The notes beneath the pieces are model-generated. The model did not search any database. It had not been told where the DNA came from and worked only from the letters and a program-made list of their open reading frames with translations. A DNA stretch of 64,000 bases from Camelus dromedarius. Taxonomy: Eukaryota. The stretch spans positions 84,012,001 through 84,076,000 of the forward strand of contig NC_087436.1 of assembly GCF_036321535.1 (NCBI RefSeq). The letters are read 5' to 3'. A program made the translations under genes and the position numbers. This document shows positions 62,157-64,000 of the stretch, piece after piece; the first letter of the stretch is position 1, and every line of letters begins with the position of its first letter.

Positions 62157-62403
62157 TTTTTTTTTTTTTTTACTATTATTATTTTTTAATAGACTTTATT
62201 CTTTTAGATCAGTTTCAGGTTCACAACAAAATTGAGTAGAAAATACAGAGTTTGCACATAGCGAACCCCATCCACACATATATACTCCCCTACCCTCAAC
62301 ATCCCTCATCAGTGTGGCATATTTGGTACAATTGATGAACCAACATGGGCACGTTATTATCAACCGAAGTCCATAGTTTACATTAGGGTTCACTCTTGAT
62401 GTA
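62157..62403 (-). mobile_element. Old L1 3' end
   Basis: polyT, then tagactttattcttttag...ccatagtttacattagggttcactcttg; CCGCTACT on both sides. Confidence 0.7.
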
Positions 62404-64000
62404 CTTCCGCTACTATTTTTAACTGAGACCAGATGGCATTTCTTATTTGGAGTCTAGTTGAGAGAGCAACTTAGCAGTTAGCATATGAAAGAATTGGCAG
62501 AAAAGCAGTTTTTCCAAAATACATTGGCTTAAATGAGATAGAATTAAGTGGCTTTGCTTCATGAAGTCACCTCAGGACCCAACAGGGGGAGCACTCCATG
62601 GCTTCCATCTCTGGCTCCACGGTGGTTGCTCAAGTTGTCATGTTTTGCAGCAAGTGGAAAGAGGAGAAGAGAATGAAGAGCACACAGCTCCCCTGTTTAA
62701 AAGAAGGGGGAAGCTGGAAGTTGCAGACATGACATCATCCATTGGTCAAGAGTTACATGGCCACAAGCCCCACAGGGAAGCTAGGGGAGTGGAGGGAAAT
62801 GAGGATTTCAGATTTTTATTAAGAAGGGGCGAATAGATGATGGAGAACAATTAGAAGTTTACCTTACATAATCTAAAAGTACCTGAAAATCTTAAGACAA
62901 AAAAGGATTCAAGTTACATCTTCCTGAAATCTGAAGTCTATTCTCCAAGTATCAGAACACTAACCATTTTATCAACATTTGCCTGTAAACATGGCATAAC
63001 GTTACGTCAGTCAGAAAATTGTGCTCTACACTGGAATTTGACACAACATTGTAAAATGATTATAAATCAATAAAAATTGTTAAAAAAAAGTTACATCAGT
63101 CACAAATCTTTTCATTTAGATACTCCTAGTTGAGTAAGTGGCACTATACCGTGGTACAATGAACAATTAATGAGTCAAGTCCCAGATCTCATTGTTGAGA
63201 TAAATGCTTATAAAGTAAACTGGCCTGAAACGCAGATCCAGAAGCAACCTGTAGACTCAGGTTTAGCATGAACTGCTTGACAGTCCCTTGTTCTCTGTCA
63301 CTGTGTACACTCTGGCCTCACTCAGTCACTCATCTTAGAATAAAGGGTTAATATTTTCATATGCAACTTGTGAAAACTTTGTAGATCTCACTTCCATCAT
63401 GTTTCAAGGTGAAGACTATTGGTATCTTGGGGAAGGTAGTTCTTTGTGTATAAATTACATGTAAGTTTCTAGTATTCTTCATCCCTAGACACTAAATGCC
63501 AGTAGCAACTCTCCTGCCCCATCCCTCATTGCGACAATTGAGACATATCCCTGAAGTTTCCATACCCACCCTCTATAATCGGTGGCCTCCTAAGTAGGGA
63601 AAATTCACTGGTAGTTGATATATAGTTGTTTATTTTGGACAGAAATACCATTATTTTTACAAATTAAAATTGTGGCCATTATATTTCTATCTTCTGTTTA
63701 CTGGAGCTTAGACCTAAATCTTTAGATTAAAATGAAGAAAATAAGGTAAACTTGGCATTTATGGAGAAATTCAGAACCCAAAAACGAATGTTGTCTCTAC
63801 TCTGATAACTTATTAATATGTATATTAGAAGGCAAATCAGTTCTCCTTCCTTATCTTATCCTTAGGCTTTTTGGCCTCTTGACTAGCAAAAATTCAGTTT
63901 TTAAACATTCATAATTTATATTCTTAAAACTCTTTTACCTCTAAAATTTAATGGCTTTGTTTTATAAAGCTTGACTGAAGCATATCTAAAAATGTTCCAA

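Overview
Mammalian genomic DNA, most likely camelid: six copies of a tRNA-derived SINE match the camelid Vic-type pattern as I recall it. I found no intact protein-coding gene. The main structure is a decayed, intron-containing copy of the head-to-head POLR2B/NOA1 locus (about 41.1-62.0 kb). On the minus strand are POLR2B exons 1-3 only, with ATG changed to CTG and frameshifts. On the plus strand are all seven NOA1 exons, each carrying a stop, frameshift or splice lesion. Between them lies a still CpG-rich bidirectional promoter. Also present: an HMGN1 processed pseudogene nested in an L1; a rearranged class I ERV (inverted pol segment, 3' LTR cut after the polyA signal and ending in a (TAAA)n tail) flanked by arrays of palindromic hairpin repeats; a second, non-autonomous two-LTR ERV with a tRNA-Arg primer site; and many L1, L2, MIR, MLT and DNA-transposon relics. 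Gene and repeat-family calls come from hand translation and recalled reference sequences, not database searches.
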